Shown here piece by piece: positions 8,918 through 18,068 of a DNA stretch of 64,000 nt. The stretch is from Halobacteriales archaeon QS_8_69_26 (GTDB lineage Archaea > Halobacteriota > Halobacteria > Halobacteriales > SW-7-71-33): the NCBI GenBank assembly GCA_003023195.1, contig PXRX01000043.1, forward strand, positions 16,643 through 80,642. The letters run 5' to 3'. The notes beneath the pieces were generated by a model. It ran no database searches. It was given only the letters and a program-made list of their open reading frames with translations, and had not been told where the DNA came from. How positions within the stretch are numbered: position 1 is the first letter of the stretch; each line of letters opens with the position of its first letter. A program made the translations under genes and the position numbers.

Positions 8918-10090
8918 TCACTCCTCGCCGGACTCGTAGTGCTCGCCGGCGGCGGCGGGCAGGCGGGTCCGACCCACGAGCACGAGTGCGACGATGACGG
9001 TGACGAAGGGGATGGTCTGGACCAGCGACTCGGGGATGTCGTAGGCCGGGAGTTGCTGGAGGCGGATCTGGAGGGCGTCCAGGCCCGCGAACAGGACCGA
9101 GGCCCCGAACGCGCCGAACGGGTTGTAGTTGCCGAACAGGTAGGCGGTGATGGCGATGAACCCCTTCCCGTTGACCATCGTCTGGCCGTTGCCGATGAAC
9201 AGGCCGACGTGCCCCAGCGAGAGGCCGGCCCCGCCGATCCCAGACAACACCCCCGAGAGGAGGACCCCCGCATAGCGCACCCGGTGGACGCTCACGCCCG
9301 CCGTGTCGAGGGCCTTCGGGTTCTCGCCGCTGGCCCGGACCCACCGGCCGAAGGTCGTCCGGTTGAGCAGGTACCACGAGGCGGGAACCGCGACGAGCAA
9401 CATCAGCACCGTCGGCGCGGCCTGGAAGAGGATCGGCCCGACGACCGGGAGCGCCGACAGCCCCGGGACCGTCCAGGTCCCCAGCGTCCCGACGCCGTCG
9501 GAGTTGACCGTCCCGTAGACGACCCGCGAGGCGAACGGCGCCAGCCCCAGCGCGATCAGCCACACCGCCAGTCCGGCGATGATCTGGTCGGCCCGGAACT
9601 CGATGCAGACGACCGCGAAGAGCAGTGCGAGGAGGGTACTCGCCAGCACGGCGGCGAGAAAGCCGATCCAGATGCTCGGCATGGCGATCGCGGGGAGCGG
9701 ACCGATCGCGGGGACCAGCAGCCACCCGGTCCCCGGCCCCAGGAGGTCCGTGACGAGGACCCCCGTGAACGCCGAGATGATCAACAGTCCCTCCAGGCCG
9801 ATGTTGATGACGCCGCTCTTCTCGGCGAAGATGCCGCCCAGCGCCGCGAACCCGATCGGGACCGAGAGCCGCAGGGCCGCGCGGATGGTGCTCTCCCGCG
9901 TCCCGATCCGGACCGCGTCGGCGGTCAGGCCCAGCGTCCACCAGAACGCCCCGCCGACGGCAGAAGAGGGGAGCACTACCCCGACCAGCGCCCACAGGAC
10001 CACCGCCGCGAGGACCGCAAGCCCGGCTATCCGCCGCTTCGTGTCGGCCCAGTCCCCGACCGCCCGCCGGACGTCGGTCGCGCTACTCAT
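8918..10090 (-). CDS. ABC transporter permease (BMP/nucleoside-type, YufQ/NupQ-like)
   Basis: Polytopic membrane ORF (track 8918..10111). I prefer the ATG at 10088-10090 (MSSATDVRRAVGDW...), which overlaps the upstream permease stop by 8 nt. It is the last gene of the ATPase-permease-permease run. Confidence 0.8.
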   Translation of the reverse strand: MSSATDVRRAVGDWADTKRRIAGLAVLAAVVLWALVGVVLPSSAVGGAFWWTLGLTADAVRIGTRESTIRAALRLSVPIGFAALGGIFAEKSGVINIGLEGLLIISAFTGVLVTDLLGPGTGWLLVPAIGPLPAIAMPSIWIGFLAAVLASTLLALLFAVVCIEFRADQIIAGLAVWLIALGLAPFASRVVYGTVNSDGVGTLGTWTVPGLSALPVVGPILFQAAPTVLMLLVAVPASWYLLNRTTFGRWVRASGENPKALDTAGVSVHRVRYAGVLLSGVLSGIGGAGLSLGHVGLFIGNGQTMVNGKGFIAITAYLFGNYNPFGAFGASVLFAGLDALQIRLQQLPAYDIPESLVQTIPFVTVIVALVLVGRTRLPAAAGEHYESGEE

Positions 10091-11594
10091 CGCGGCCACC
10101 CCCCGGGGCACCGCCGTCTGCGGGGTCAGCTCCGTCGCCAGGGTCGGTCCCGTCGCCAGGATCTGTCCCGTCGCCAGGGTCGGTCCCGTCGCCGGGGTCA
10201 GTTCCGTCGCCGGGGTCGGTCCCGTCGCCGGGTCCCGTCGCGTCGAACCCGTTCTCGTCCCCGTCCTCGTCCGCCGTGGCCCCCGGCGACCGGCCGCCGT
10301 CGGTGGCCGCCACGCGGCGGTCCCGGTCCGGGACGACGGTGCGACGGCCGATCATCCGGAAGAACTCGGGCATGGCGACGAAGAGGATCACGAGTCCCCG
10401 GAGCACGCCGACGAGTTGCCGGGGGACCGCGGTCGCGGATTCGATCTGGAGGGAGCCGCTCTTGAGGACGCCGAACAGCAGGGCCGCGAGGCCGGCCCCG
10501 AGCGGGTGGTTGCCCGCGAGGATGGAGACGGTGATGCCGTCGAACCCCAGGGCGGGAACGTCGGTGACGTACCTGCCGTGGACCATCAACACCCAGACGG
10601 CTCCGCCGACCCCGCCCAGTGCCCCCGAGAGAGTCATCGCGGCCACCATCGTCCGCGGGGCGTTCACCCCGCCGTAGGTCGCCGCCTCGGGCTGGATCCC
10701 GCCGGTCCGGAGGTCGAACCCGAACCTCGTGTTCCAGAGCAGGTAGAAGACGCCGACGGCCAGCGCCACCGCCAGTACCAGCGCGACCAGCGAGAAGTCA
10801 CCACCGTCGGGGAACACCACCGGCGAGAGGCGCGCGTTCTCGGGGATCGGCCTCGTCTGGACCGCCTGCCGGTTGGGGTCCTTGAACACCTCGGCGGTGA
10901 GGACGAACGCCACCTTGATCGCGATGAAGTTGAGCATGATGGTGGTGATGACCTCGTTGGCGTCGGCGTACGCCTTCAGCGCCCCCGGGATCGCGCCGTA
11001 GATCCCGCCGACGACCGCCCCGGCGACCAGGGCGACGGGGATCAGCACGAACGACCCCGCCAGGCCCGCCGGGGCGAACGGTTCGATGTAGAGCACGGCG
11101 ACGGCACTGGCGAGTGCGCCGAACACCAACTGCCCCTGGGTGCCGATGTTGAACAGGCCCGCGCGGAACGCCACGACGACCGACAGCCCGGTGAACACCA
11201 GCAGGGTCGTCTCCTTGAAGGTCAGCCCGGTCGCGAAGTTCAGCGGCCCCCACCCGCCGGCGAACGGGTCGCCGAACGCACCCAGGAACAGCCTGGTGTA
11301 GACCTGGATCGGGTCGTAACAGAACCCCACGTCGAACACCACCAGCGCCGCCTCCCGGCAGGTCGCCAGCCACCCGGACACGAGAACGATCACCGCACCG
11401 ACGAGGATGGACAGCACCAGCGCGGCCACGCTGATGAGCAGTCGCTCCAGCGGCGAGGTGGTCGCAAGGCGGTAGAGCCGCCCTCGCCACCCCTCGTCCG
11501 GCGGCCCGGATCCCTCCGGGCTACCACCGTCGGGGGCCGGAGCGGCGTCCGGTCCGTCCCCGGGGTTCGACCCCGGATCGCCCGGGTCGCTCAC
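10083..11594 (-). CDS. ABC transporter permease (BMP/nucleoside-type, YufP/NupP-like) with disordered N- and C-terminal extensions
   Basis: 503-aa ORF. Its GTG start overlaps the ATPase stop (GTGA at 11591-11594). The core is polytopic, and the C-terminal tail carries six GDGTDP-type hexapeptides. Confidence 0.8.
   Translation of the reverse strand: MSDPGDPGSNPGDGPDAAPAPDGGSPEGSGPPDEGWRGRLYRLATTSPLERLLISVAALVLSILVGAVIVLVSGWLATCREAALVVFDVGFCYDPIQVYTRLFLGAFGDPFAGGWGPLNFATGLTFKETTLLVFTGLSVVVAFRAGLFNIGTQGQLVFGALASAVAVLYIEPFAPAGLAGSFVLIPVALVAGAVVGGIYGAIPGALKAYADANEVITTIMLNFIAIKVAFVLTAEVFKDPNRQAVQTRPIPENARLSPVVFPDGGDFSLVALVLAVALAVGVFYLLWNTRFGFDLRTGGIQPEAATYGGVNAPRTMVAAMTLSGALGGVGGAVWVLMVHGRYVTDVPALGFDGITVSILAGNHPLGAGLAALLFGVLKSGSLQIESATAVPRQLVGVLRGLVILFVAMPEFFRMIGRRTVVPDRDRRVAATDGGRSPGATADEDGDENGFDATGPGDGTDPGDGTDPGDGTDPGDGTDPGDGTDPGDGADPADGGAPGGGRDE
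10122..10240. repeat. 18-bp tandem repeat x~6.5 (in-frame hexapeptide GDGTDP repeats)
   Basis: Variants of gggtcggtcccgtcgcca/g occur at 10123, 10141, 10159, 10177, 10195 and 10213. Confidence 0.9.
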
Positions 11595-13387
11595 TCCTCG
11601 TCCCCCCTCCGGGTGGCCCCGGCGTCGGACCCCTCGTCGGGGGTCGGCGTGCCGACGTCTTCACTCTCACCGGCGTCGCCGTCGGACGGTTCTCCCTCGT
11701 CCAGTCTCTCGCTCCCGTCGGATCCGGGTGCGGCGACGGCGTCCTCGTTCGTGGTCGTCCCCACCGGTCCCGGCCCGTCGCTGCCGGCCGGCCCCGTGAC
11801 CTCGGGGGCCCGATCCCCCTCACCGTCACCGGGACCGGGCGACACCGGGACCGTCAGGTCCTCGACCCCGTCGGGTCGCTCCCCGGCCATCAGCAGGCCG
11901 AGTTCCTCCTCGCTCACCGCGTCGGGGTCGACGGTCCCGACGAACTCGCCCTCGTACATCACCGCAAGGCGGTCCGATAGCTGTCGGACCTCGTCGAGTT
12001 TCGAGGAGACGAGCACGACCGCCCGCCCGTCGTCGCGCATCTCCAGCAACTGGCGGTGGATGAACTCGATGGAGCCGATGTCGACGCCCCGCGTGGGGTG
12101 GGAGGCGACGATGAGCGCGGGGTCGCGGCTGAACTCCCGGCCCACGACGAACTTCTGCTGGTTGCCACCGGACAGCGACTCGGCCTCGGCGTCGGGGTCA
12201 CCGGGTCGCACGTCGAAGGTTTCGATGACCGCCTCGGCGTGGTCGCGGCTCCGGTCCCAGTCGATCACGCCGCCGCTGGCGAACGGGGGGGAGTGCTGGC
12301 TCCCGAGGAGGCCGTTCTCGACGAGGTCGAAGTCCATCACCAGGCCCCGCTCCTGTCGGTCCTCGGGGACGTATGCCATCCCGGCGTCGATGCGCTCCCG
12401 GCGGGACGCCCGGGTCACGTCGACCCCGAGGAACCCGACGGTCCCGTCGTCCGGGACGCGCATCCCGGTTATCGCCTCGACGAGTTCGGCCTGGCCGTTC
12501 CCGTCGACGCCGGCGATGCCGAACACCTCGCCCTCGCGCACCGAGAAGTCCACGCCGTCGACCACGTCGACGCCGCGGTGGTCCTCGACGCGGATCCCCT
12601 CGGCCGCGAGGGCGACGTCGCCCGGCCGGGCGGGGTCGGAGTCGACCTCCAGGAGCACCTCCCGGCCGACCATCAGTTCCGCGAGTTCCTCGCGTGTCGT
12701 CTCCGCGGCCGGGACCGTCCCGACTGCCTCCCCGTCCCGAAGGACGGTGATGTCGTCGGCGGCCTCCATCGCCTCGCCCAGTTTGTGGGTGATGAAGACC
12801 ACCGTCTTCCCCTCCGCCGTGAGTTCCTCCAGGACGGCGAACAGGTCCTCCACCTCCTGGGGCGTCAGTACTGCGGTGGGCTCGTCGAGTATCAGCACGT
12901 CCGCGCCCCGGTACAGCGCCTTGAGTATCTCGACTCGCTGCTGGACGCCGACGCTTTCCTCCTCGATGGTGGCGGTCGGGTCGACGTCGAACCCGTAGGC
13001 CTCGGCCAGTTCGCGGACCTCCCTGGTGGCCCGCTCCCGGTCGACCGCCAGGCCGAACCACTTGCTCGGCTCGTTCCCCAGGACGACGTTCTCGGCGACG
13101 GTCATCGGGTCGACCAGCATGAAGTGCTGGTGGATCATCCCGACGCCCGCGTCGATGGCGTCCCGCGGGGTGTCGAACGACCGCTCCTCCCCGTCGACGA
13201 GGATCCGCCCCGCGTCGGGGTCGTAGAGCCCGTAGAGGACGTTCATCAGCGTCGTCTTCCCCGCGCCGTTCTCCCCGAGCAACGCGTGGACCGTGCCCCG
13301 TTCGACCCGGAAGTCCACCGCGTCGTTGGCGACCACGCCCGGGAACCGCTTCGTGATCCCCTCCATAACCACGGCCGGTTCGCTCAT
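11591..13387 (-). CDS. ABC transporter ATP-binding protein, duplicated ATPase (sugar/nucleoside uptake type)
   Basis: 598 aa with two nucleotide-binding domains. Walker A motifs are GENGAGKTT and GVDGNGQ, signature motifs are LSVGVQQRVEI and LSGGNQQK, and a Walker B is ILILDEPT. It also has a ~90-aa P/G/D/E-rich C-terminal tail. Confidence 0.9.
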   Translation of the reverse strand: MSEPAVVMEGITKRFPGVVANDAVDFRVERGTVHALLGENGAGKTTLMNVLYGLYDPDAGRILVDGEERSFDTPRDAIDAGVGMIHQHFMLVDPMTVAENVVLGNEPSKWFGLAVDRERATREVRELAEAYGFDVDPTATIEEESVGVQQRVEILKALYRGADVLILDEPTAVLTPQEVEDLFAVLEELTAEGKTVVFITHKLGEAMEAADDITVLRDGEAVGTVPAAETTREELAELMVGREVLLEVDSDPARPGDVALAAEGIRVEDHRGVDVVDGVDFSVREGEVFGIAGVDGNGQAELVEAITGMRVPDDGTVGFLGVDVTRASRRERIDAGMAYVPEDRQERGLVMDFDLVENGLLGSQHSPPFASGGVIDWDRSRDHAEAVIETFDVRPGDPDAEAESLSGGNQQKFVVGREFSRDPALIVASHPTRGVDIGSIEFIHRQLLEMRDDGRAVVLVSSKLDEVRQLSDRLAVMYEGEFVGTVDPDAVSEEELGLLMAGERPDGVEDLTVPVSPGPGDGEGDRAPEVTGPAGSDGPGPVGTTTNEDAVAAPGSDGSERLDEGEPSDGDAGESEDVGTPTPDEGSDAGATRRGDEE

Positions 13388-13525
13388 CTGTCACCCGCTT
13401 TCCGTGCCGGGAAGATAAATGCACCCCCGTCGGTCCGGCCGGTTCCGGGTGTCAAGTGGCAGGGATCCGGTGTTCATCCAGCAAGTACCCTGTCGGCATT
13501 TCCGTCGGCGTCGGGAAGCGACCCC

Positions 13526-13684
13526 TCGGGACGGGGATCGGTCGGGGTCGGCTTGGCTCAGGTCAGGGATCGGTCGGGGTCGGCGCGGCCAGCCCAGGGA
13601 TCGGTCGGGGTCGGCGCGGCTCAGGCCAGGGATCGGCCGGGGTCGGCGCGGCTCAGGCCAGGGATCGCTCGGGGTCGCCGTGGA
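13526..13684. repeat. ~32-bp tandem repeat x5 that starts inside the 3' end (stop codon included) of the nucleoside hydrolase gene
   Basis: Variants of tcaggccagggatcggYcggggtcggcgcggc occur at 13526, 13558, 13590, 13621 and 13653. The last copy is the true gene end (…GDPERSLA*). Confidence 0.9.
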
Positions 13685-14621
13685 TCACGGCGTCGAGGAA
13701 CAGGCGGCGGAACCCCTCGGCGTCGATGGACTCAACCACCCGGGCGTTCGCGGGTTCGTCCAGCACGCCCGTCTCGTCGACGAGCGTGTAGCCGCGGGTC
13801 ATCCCCTCGCGCTCGTCGACGTCGACGTGGTACTCGCCCGATTCCTCTATCAGGTCCGGTTCGATCAGGCAGGCCACGACCAGCGAGTCCGGCTGGGTGG
13901 TCGCGTCCTCGCCCATCTCCTCGCGGTTGAACGCCCGGACCTGCTGGGTGATGGTGTCGTAGAACGCCGCGAACTCCGAGTCCTCCGCCGCGTCCTCGAT
14001 CCGTCCCAGGGTGTCCGGGCCGAACGTCGAGTCGCGGACGGTTACGCCCCAGTCCACTATCGTCGTGGAGAGTTCCCGCAGGACGACGTTGGCGGCGTCG
14101 GGGTCGACCCAGAAGTTGTACTCCGCCGCCGGGGTGACGTTCCCGAGGCAGTTGACGTTGCCACCCATCACCCACACCTCGTCGAGCAACTCGTCGAGGT
14201 CGGGTTCGCGCTTGCAGGCCATCGCCACGTTCGTCAGCGGCCCGATACAGACAAGGGTGACCTCGCCGGGGTTCTCGCGGGCCGTCTCGACGATGTAGTC
14301 CACCGCGTGGGCGTCGGCCGACTCGATGCCGGTGTCGGGGAACAACTCCCCACCCAGGCCGCCCTCGCCGTGGACGTACTCGGCGGTCTCGTACTCCTTC
14401 TGGAGTGGCGAGCGGATTCCCTCGTGGACCGGTACCTCGTCGGCCTTCCCCGCCAGGCCGAGCGTGTACTTGGCGTTCTCCACCTCGTGGTCGAACTCGA
14501 CGTTGCCCGCGACGATGGTCAGCCCCTCGACCTCGATGCGGTCAGAGAGCGCCGCCAGCACCAGCGCCTGGGTGTCGTCGCCAGCCGTGTCCGTGTCGAT
14601 GATGACGCGCCGCCGGTCCAT
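13653..14621 (-). CDS. iunH: nucleoside hydrolase (inosine/uridine-preferring family)
   Basis: 322 aa. The N-terminal fingerprint VIIDTDTAGDDTQAL (DxDxxxDD) is present, with family-typical length and acidic composition. Confidence 0.85.
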   Translation of the reverse strand: MDRRRVIIDTDTAGDDTQALVLAALSDRIEVEGLTIVAGNVEFDHEVENAKYTLGLAGKADEVPVHEGIRSPLQKEYETAEYVHGEGGLGGELFPDTGIESADAHAVDYIVETARENPGEVTLVCIGPLTNVAMACKREPDLDELLDEVWVMGGNVNCLGNVTPAAEYNFWVDPDAANVVLRELSTTIVDWGVTVRDSTFGPDTLGRIEDAAEDSEFAAFYDTITQQVRAFNREEMGEDATTQPDSLVVACLIEPDLIEESGEYHVDVDEREGMTRGYTLVDETGVLDEPANARVVESIDAEGFRRLFLDAVIHGDPERSLA

Positions 14622-14726
14622 GCTCCCACCTCCGGCGGGCCGGGCATCAGTGTTTGCCCCGCATCACCCCTGACCGGGGATCCGCGTCGGCGATGGCTTT
14701 TTGCCCGCGGTCGGGGACGCACCGGT

Positions 14727-15407
14727 ATGGATCGCTCACCCTCAGACGTGGCAGCGACCATCCAGCACACCGAGGTGGGTCCCACGGCGGACCGCGACCG
14801 GATCCGCGAACTCTGCGAGGAGTGTGCGGAGTACGGCTTCGACGGCGCGATGGTCCTGCCGTGCTGGGTGCCCCTGGCCCGCGAGGAACTGGCGGGGACC
14901 GACGTCACCGTCTGTTCGGCCGCCGGCTTCCCGATGGGCGGGGACGGACGGATCGCCAAGGCCGTCGCGGTGCGGGACGCGGTCGCCGCCGGTGCCGCCG
15001 AGGTGGACGTGATGCCCAACGTCGGCTTCCTGAAGTCGGGGCTGGACGACCGCCTGCTGGCCGAGATGGAACTGGTCGTCGAGGCCAGCGGGGACGCCAC
15101 CTGCAAGGCGATGTGCGAACTCGGGGCCCTGGACGACGACGAGGCAGGACGGATGGTGGACCTGGCCGTCGAGGCCGGGTTCGACTACGTCAAGACCTCC
15201 AGCGGCTGGGGGGAGGGCGGGAAGGCAACCGTCGAGCGCGTCCGGTTCCTCCGGGAGCGCGTCCCGGAGCACGTCGGCGTCAAGGCCAGCGGCGGGATCC
15301 GCACCCTCGACGACGCCAACGACCTGCTGGACGCCGGCGCGGAGCTACTGGGATCGTCGAGCGGGGTGGCGATCGTCTCCGGAGGCGAGGGCGATGGGGA
15401 GTACTGA
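14727..15407 (+). CDS. deoC: deoxyribose-phosphate aldolase
   Basis: Track ORF 13419..15407 is a composite. From the ATG at 14727 the product is MDRSPSDVAATIQHTEVGP...VCSAAGFPMGG...EVDVMPNVG...DYVKTSSGW...VGVKASGGIR. This is the DERA class I aldolase pattern with both lysines. Confidence 0.85.
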   Translation: MDRSPSDVAATIQHTEVGPTADRDRIRELCEECAEYGFDGAMVLPCWVPLAREELAGTDVTVCSAAGFPMGGDGRIAKAVAVRDAVAAGAAEVDVMPNVGFLKSGLDDRLLAEMELVVEASGDATCKAMCELGALDDDEAGRMVDLAVEAGFDYVKTSSGWGEGGKATVERVRFLRERVPEHVGVKASGGIRTLDDANDLLDAGAELLGSSSGVAIVSGGEGDGEY

Positions 15408-16407
15408 CGGACCCTCCGGGAACGGTGAGGCAGGGGGCGACGGGTCCGCTACGGACGCGGATCCGTCCCCCGACCGGGACGGATCCCCCACCGTCGCCGT
15501 CGTCGGCAGCTACAACGCCGGCTTCGTGGTCGAGATGCCGCGCTTCCCGGTCCCCGGCGAGACGGTCACCGGGTCGAACTTCGAGGAAGTCGTGGGCGGG
15601 AAGGGGTCGAACCAGGCCGTCGGGGCGGCCCGCCTCGGGGCCGACGCCAGGTTCGTCGGCTGCGTCGGCGACGACCGTCACGCCGAAATCGCGCGTGACC
15701 TCTGGGACCGCGAGGGCGTCGACGCGAGTGCCGTCCAGCAAGTGGACGACCACACCGGCGTCGGCGTCGTCTTCGTCGACGAGGACGGCGAGAACGAGAT
15801 AGCAGTCGTCCCGGGTGCCAACGGGCGGGTCGACCGCGGGACGGTCGGGGGTGCCGCCGACGAACTGGCCGCGGCCGACGTACTCCTGACCCAGCTAGAG
15901 ATCCCCGACGGTCCGGTCGCCGCCGCCGTCGAGGCGGCGGACGACGCCGGCCTGGACGTCGTGCTCAACCCCGCTCCGGCGCGGGAACTCCCCCCGGAGG
16001 TGCTGTCGGGGGTCGACTACCTGACGCCGAACGAGACGGAGGCACGGATCCTCGCGGGCCTCGATCCGGACGCCGACGCCGACGACGAGGCCGTCGCCGC
16101 TCGCCTCCGCGAACTGGGGGTCGGGACGGTGGTACTCACCCTCGGCGACGACGGCGCCCTGGTCGACGACGGGGCGACCCCCGAACGGGTGCCGGCCCCC
16201 TCCGTCGATCCGGTGGACACGACCGGTGCCGGCGACGCGTTCAACGCGGGATTCGCCGTCGCCCTGGCGGAGGGGCGATCGCCCGTCGACGCCGCCCGCT
16301 TCGGGTGTGCCGCCGGGGCGCTGTCGGTGACGGAGTTCGACGTGGTCCCGTCGCTCCCGGAGCGTCCGGCCGCCGACGAACTCCTCGGCCAGAACGACGG
16401 AGGGTAG
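15394..16407 (+). CDS. rbsK: ribokinase (PfkB family)
   Basis: 337 aa with GGKGSNQAVGAARLG and DTTGAGDAFNAGFAVAL motifs. It overlaps the deoC stop by 14 nt. Confidence 0.85.
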   Translation: MGSTDGPSGNGEAGGDGSATDADPSPDRDGSPTVAVVGSYNAGFVVEMPRFPVPGETVTGSNFEEVVGGKGSNQAVGAARLGADARFVGCVGDDRHAEIARDLWDREGVDASAVQQVDDHTGVGVVFVDEDGENEIAVVPGANGRVDRGTVGGAADELAAADVLLTQLEIPDGPVAAAVEAADDAGLDVVLNPAPARELPPEVLSGVDYLTPNETEARILAGLDPDADADDEAVAARLRELGVGTVVLTLGDDGALVDDGATPERVPAPSVDPVDTTGAGDAFNAGFAVALAEGRSPVDAARFGCAAGALSVTEFDVVPSLPERPAADELLGQNDGG

Positions 16408-16423
16408 CCCTCCGTCGAGCGTC

Positions 16424-18007
16424 TCACGGGACTGTTCGCCCGGAGCGTCGTCCGATCCGACCGCCGTCTCCCTCCGTCGCCTCCGTCGGCGTAGTCTCTT
16501 CCACGAAGACGAGCCCGTCCGCGTCCGCCCGCGGTCGGAACTCGTTCACGTCGACGCTCCCTCCCCACGTGAGTCCCACGTTGTGCAGGCCGTGTGTCCG
16601 ATCGAGCCAGGTCGCGACGTCGGTGTCGGCGCTCACCGCCTCGAAGTCGAGGAAGAACCGTGGGTGCTCCACCTCGGCGCACACCTCGGCGACCGTTCCG
16701 TCGACCGGATCCTCGACCTCGGGACGACCGAGGGCGCCGCCCCGCAGACGCGCCGCGAACGACCCCCGGGCGAACGTCAGGACGAGCGGGTAGTAGTCGG
16801 ACCCGTAGGCCCTCGCGAGGAACTCCCCCTGGGTCGGCGGGGGGTCGCCGTCGGGACCCTCGTCCCGAGTCCCTCGGGCGACGTGGGTGTTGTGTGCCCA
16901 GAACGCGACCGGTCCGTCGACGAACTCCGCGACCCAGCGTGCGTTCTCGGCCATCGTCCGCTCGCGGACCTCGAACCCCAGTCGGAGCTTCTCCCTGGCC
17001 GTCGATCCCTCCAGCATGGCCTCGCCCCGGAGCCCGCTCTGTTCGATCACCCGGACGTTCCGGAGTGCGAGCTCCCACTCCGCCCGCGAACTCGCGGCGA
17101 CGTACGACGCGCGACGGTTCTCGAACCGGGCTCGAAGGTCAGCGGCGAGGTCGAGTAGCGTCTCCACCTCTCCCTCGTCGAACTGGCGGTCGTCCGACGC
17201 CACGACCCCGTCCAGTCGCTCGTCGACGTCGTCGAGGTACGCCCGATCGACCTCCTGGAGGTACGCCCGGATCCGCCCGGTCGCGTCGCCGGCGGTCTGC
17301 ATGTCGAGGCCGTACACGCCGACGCGGTCGCGGGGCGGTCGGCCGTCGTTGTACGATCGCAGCCACGCGAGCATGCGCCGGACCTCCTCCGTGTGGAAGA
17401 TGTAGTCCCCGAACGCGTCCATCGCGGCGTCGAGGTCGCCCTCGCCGTGCCTGACGTACTCGTCGACCGGCCGGAGGCCCGCGAAGTTGTCCTCGAACGC
17501 GACCGCCCCGAGCCCGTGCTCGGCGACGAGCGTCCTGACCAGACGGTGCCGGATCGCCTGGAACTCCCAGGTTCCGTGGGTCGCCTCGCCCATCCCGACG
17601 ACGGTGGCGTCGGCGAGGACGTCCGCGACGGCGGAGAGGTCGTCTCCCGACGTATCGGGGTCGACCCCTTCGATGGGCACCGCCCGCCGCTCGATACCGG
17701 CGACGACCGCCGGATCGATCCCTCGGTCGCCACCGCCGGGGGTATCCGTCGGAGTGTCGTCGGTCCCCCGGTCGGTGGTCGTCTGCCGGTCGGTCGCAGT
17801 CCGACGGTCCGTATCCGTCTCCCGGTCCGTGGTCGTCCGCGTCGGACTCGTGACGGTCGCGGTTCGGTCGGTTCGCCCCGGACTGCCGTCGTCACCGCCC
17901 CCACCACAGCCAGCGACGGTCGCAAGGCCCGCCGCCGCCAGGGTTCGCAGGAACCGTCGCCGAGCGGTGCGGGGTTCGTCTATCCGAGCGGCGCGGGATT
18001 CGTCCAT
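16424..18007 (-). CDS. erythromycin-esterase-family protein, Tat/lipobox secreted
   Basis: Track ORF 16424..18256 trimmed to the ATG (cat 18005-18007). The N-terminus MDESRAARIDEPRTARRRFLRTLAAAGLATVAGC carries a twin-arginine motif and a lipobox Cys. The body (GMGEATHGTWEF...FWAHNTHV) matches the erythromycin esterase/ChaN-like pattern. Confidence 0.75.
   Translation of the reverse strand: MDESRAARIDEPRTARRRFLRTLAAAGLATVAGCGGGGDDGSPGRTDRTATVTSPTRTTTDRETDTDRRTATDRQTTTDRGTDDTPTDTPGGGDRGIDPAVVAGIERRAVPIEGVDPDTSGDDLSAVADVLADATVVGMGEATHGTWEFQAIRHRLVRTLVAEHGLGAVAFEDNFAGLRPVDEYVRHGEGDLDAAMDAFGDYIFHTEEVRRMLAWLRSYNDGRPPRDRVGVYGLDMQTAGDATGRIRAYLQEVDRAYLDDVDERLDGVVASDDRQFDEGEVETLLDLAADLRARFENRRASYVAASSRAEWELALRNVRVIEQSGLRGEAMLEGSTAREKLRLGFEVRERTMAENARWVAEFVDGPVAFWAHNTHVARGTRDEGPDGDPPPTQGEFLARAYGSDYYPLVLTFARGSFAARLRGGALGRPEVEDPVDGTVAEVCAEVEHPRFFLDFEAVSADTDVATWLDRTHGLHNVGLTWGGSVDVNEFRPRADADGLVFVEETTPTEATEGDGGRIGRRSGRTVP
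17960..18007. repeat. 24-bp tandem duplication covering the start codon of the esterase gene
   Basis: On the minus strand, ATGGACGAATCCCGCGCCGCTCGG is followed by ATAGACGAACCCCGCACCGCTCGG. The second copy carries ATA where the first has ATG. Confidence 0.85.
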
Positions 18008-18068
18008 CCGGGTGGCTTGGGGGGAGGAGTCCGCGCGGAAAAAGCTTGTGCGGTTGCCCCGGGGCGCC

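Noticed and set aside
13526-13684. The tandem arrays (13526, 31406, 47536, 61380 and others) as CRISPR arrays.
   Set aside because: The repeats are directly abutting with no unique spacers. Unit lengths and copy numbers are irregular, and no cas genes or leader-like sequence are present.
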